From Octopus sinensis (Eukaryota): DNA of 64,000 nucleotides. The stretch is taken from assembly GCF_006345805.1 (NCBI RefSeq), contig NC_043016.1, positions 13,206,001 to 13,270,000 on the forward strand, read 5' to 3'. Below the pieces are notes generated by a model. The model was not told the origin of the DNA. It made no database searches and was given only the letters and a program-made list of their open reading frames with translations. The position numbers and the translations under genes are program-made. Positions 62,092-64,000 of the stretch are shown piece after piece. Each line of letters opens with the position of its first letter. The stretch's first letter is position 1.

Positions 62092-62192
62092 CTTTGTTAT
62101 ATTTCTGCTGCTTTTAAATAAAACATATTACTCTACCTCTGGTATTTGAGTACTCTTTTTTCCACCTTGTTTCACATTTATGTGCTTACTCT

Positions 62193-62235
<43 letters not shown>

Positions 62236-62334
62236 ATTATATTATATATAATATATAATATATATATTATATATATATAATATATATATATTATATATAT
62301 ATATATATATGTATGTATATATATGATGATCAAC

Positions 62335-62895
62335 ATCATTGTTTAATGTCTGCTTTCCATGCTGGCATGGTTTGGATGGTTTGACTGGGAACTGACAAGC
62401 CAGTAAGCTGCACCAGGCTTCAATCTGATCTGGCAAGGCTTCTACAGCTGGATGCCCTTCCTAACGTCAACCACTCTGAGAGTGTAGTGGGTGCTTTTTA
62501 CATGCCACCGGTATGACATCACCGGTATGACATGCACTGATATCAACCACTGACATCGACTACATTCAGATGGTCCTTTTTACGTGCCACTGGCACATAT
62601 ATATATCTGTGTGAGTGTCTATGGGTATATAAATCAAAAATCAAATCAAAATCACCATCAGAATCTCAATCAAATTTAAATCAAAAATGGAATTGTAGTT
62701 GTGGATGATGTCAGTGCCACCTGGCCGACTTCTGTGCCGGTGGCATGTAATAAGCAGCCACTACACTCTCAGAGTGGTTGGCATTAGGAAGGGCATCCAG
62801 CTGTAGAAACCTTGCCAGATCAGACTGAAGCCTGATGCAGCTTTCTGGCTTGCCAGTCTCCTGTCAAACCATCCAACCCATTCCAGCATGGAAAG
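62335..62895. mobile_element. Head-to-head pair of RTE 3'-end copies (minus 62335-62600, plus 62720-62895)
   Basis: Both match the RTE 3' UTR. Confidence 0.82.
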
Positions 62896-62995
62896 NNNNN
62901 NNNNNNNNNNNNNNNNNNNNNNNNNNNNNNNNNNNNNNNNNNNNNNNNNNNNNNNNNNNNNNNNNNNNNNNNNNNNNNNNNNNNNNNNNNNNNNN
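62896..62995. other. Assembly gap (100 N)
   Basis: Read directly; true size unknown. Confidence 1.
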
Positions 62996-63358
62996 CATCA
63001 CTTTTGTGAACCCCTCTCTCTCTCTCCCTCCTCCTCCTCCCTCTCTCTCTCTCCCTCTCTCTCTCTCTTTCTTCTCCTGTCGTCTTTTCTCTCTCTCTTT
63101 ATATATGTATATAATATATATATATATACATATACATATATTGTTTGGAGAAAATGTAAATCTGGAGAAGCACACTTTTTAATGGGGAGGCCAGTTCATG
63201 GGATTACTCTGGGTTTCCCATCCATAAAGGTTTTAGCTTTATAGCATATCATCAGATCCCAAAACCTGTTGGCCTATGTCATAAAGCTAAACATTATATG
63301 GGCCAGAAACCCAGGGTGATCCCATAAACCAGCCTACCCCATTTTAAAAATATACATC

Positions 63359-63399
<41 letters not shown>

Positions 63400-63450
63400 A
63401 TATATATATATATTATATATATATATATATATATATTAATACTATATATC

Positions 63451-63485
<35 letters not shown>

Positions 63486-63768
63486 GTGTGTGTGTGTGTG
63501 TGTGTGTTATTATATCCAGTTAAAATAAGAAAAGATAATGGAGATGAGGAAGTTAACAATTATTTATTGCTAACAAATTGGTCATCTTTGTAAATAATAA
63601 ATAATTGTAACTTCCTCATCTCCATTTTTTTCTTCGTCAAACTGGATATATACTATATGCTTATGGAATTTCATTCCCCAACAATACTAGGTATTGAACC
63701 AGTATTTCCTTGGAAGCAACCATCCCTTCATGAAGTTAACATACCCTCTAATTAAATAAATATATATG

Positions 63769-63819
<51 letters not shown>

Positions 63820-63883
63820 CAGAATGAGATAACAAATCCAAGGCTAGGCTGTAAGGAGTTTTCAGGACATTTATAATGAAATA

Positions 63884-63930
63884 GTCTTACAGCTGTTTCT
63901 GGGATATATAGATATCCCTTCATCAGAGAC
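63884..63930 (-). ncRNA. Minimal type-I hammerhead ribozyme motif with canonical core
   Basis: Minus strand GTCT-CTGATGA-A-GGGATA(loop)TATCCC-A-GAAAC-AGCT-GTA-AGAC. Confidence 0.78.
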
Positions 63931-64000
63931 AATGTGAGAAAATATTTGAGTTCAAATTATTGTGGAAAAGGAGGAGATAGGGAATATAGAGGGAAATAAG

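Overview
AT-rich, repeat-saturated metazoan DNA. The SINE, LINE and microsatellite make-up is typical of an Octopus genome; that assignment is inferred from repeat families, not from a database search. No host protein-coding gene can be called with confidence, and nearly all supplied ORFs are microsatellite or SINE read-throughs. The recognisable coding remnants are all transposon-derived: Tx1/L1-clade, R4/Dong (RLE), RTE and Penelope-like (RT and GIY-YIG) retroelements, a DD36E Tc1 transposase and a hAT fragment. There are dozens of tRNA-derived SINEs in at least three families (labelled A, B and E here), a TAA-flanked non-coding element (D), several MITEs and a 100-N gap. The most notable unexplained structure is a set of minimal type-I hammerhead ribozyme motifs from several Penelope-related families. 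These include a U3-A8 covariant core in both arms of a 1.2-kb fold-back and a core with a ~90-nt stem II insert inside a 660-bp palindrome. Weaker signals are a CCAAT/CRE promoter-like patch at 14.6-14.85 kb and a speculative chain of small minus-strand exons. Coordinates of degenerate repeats are approximate (tens of bp).
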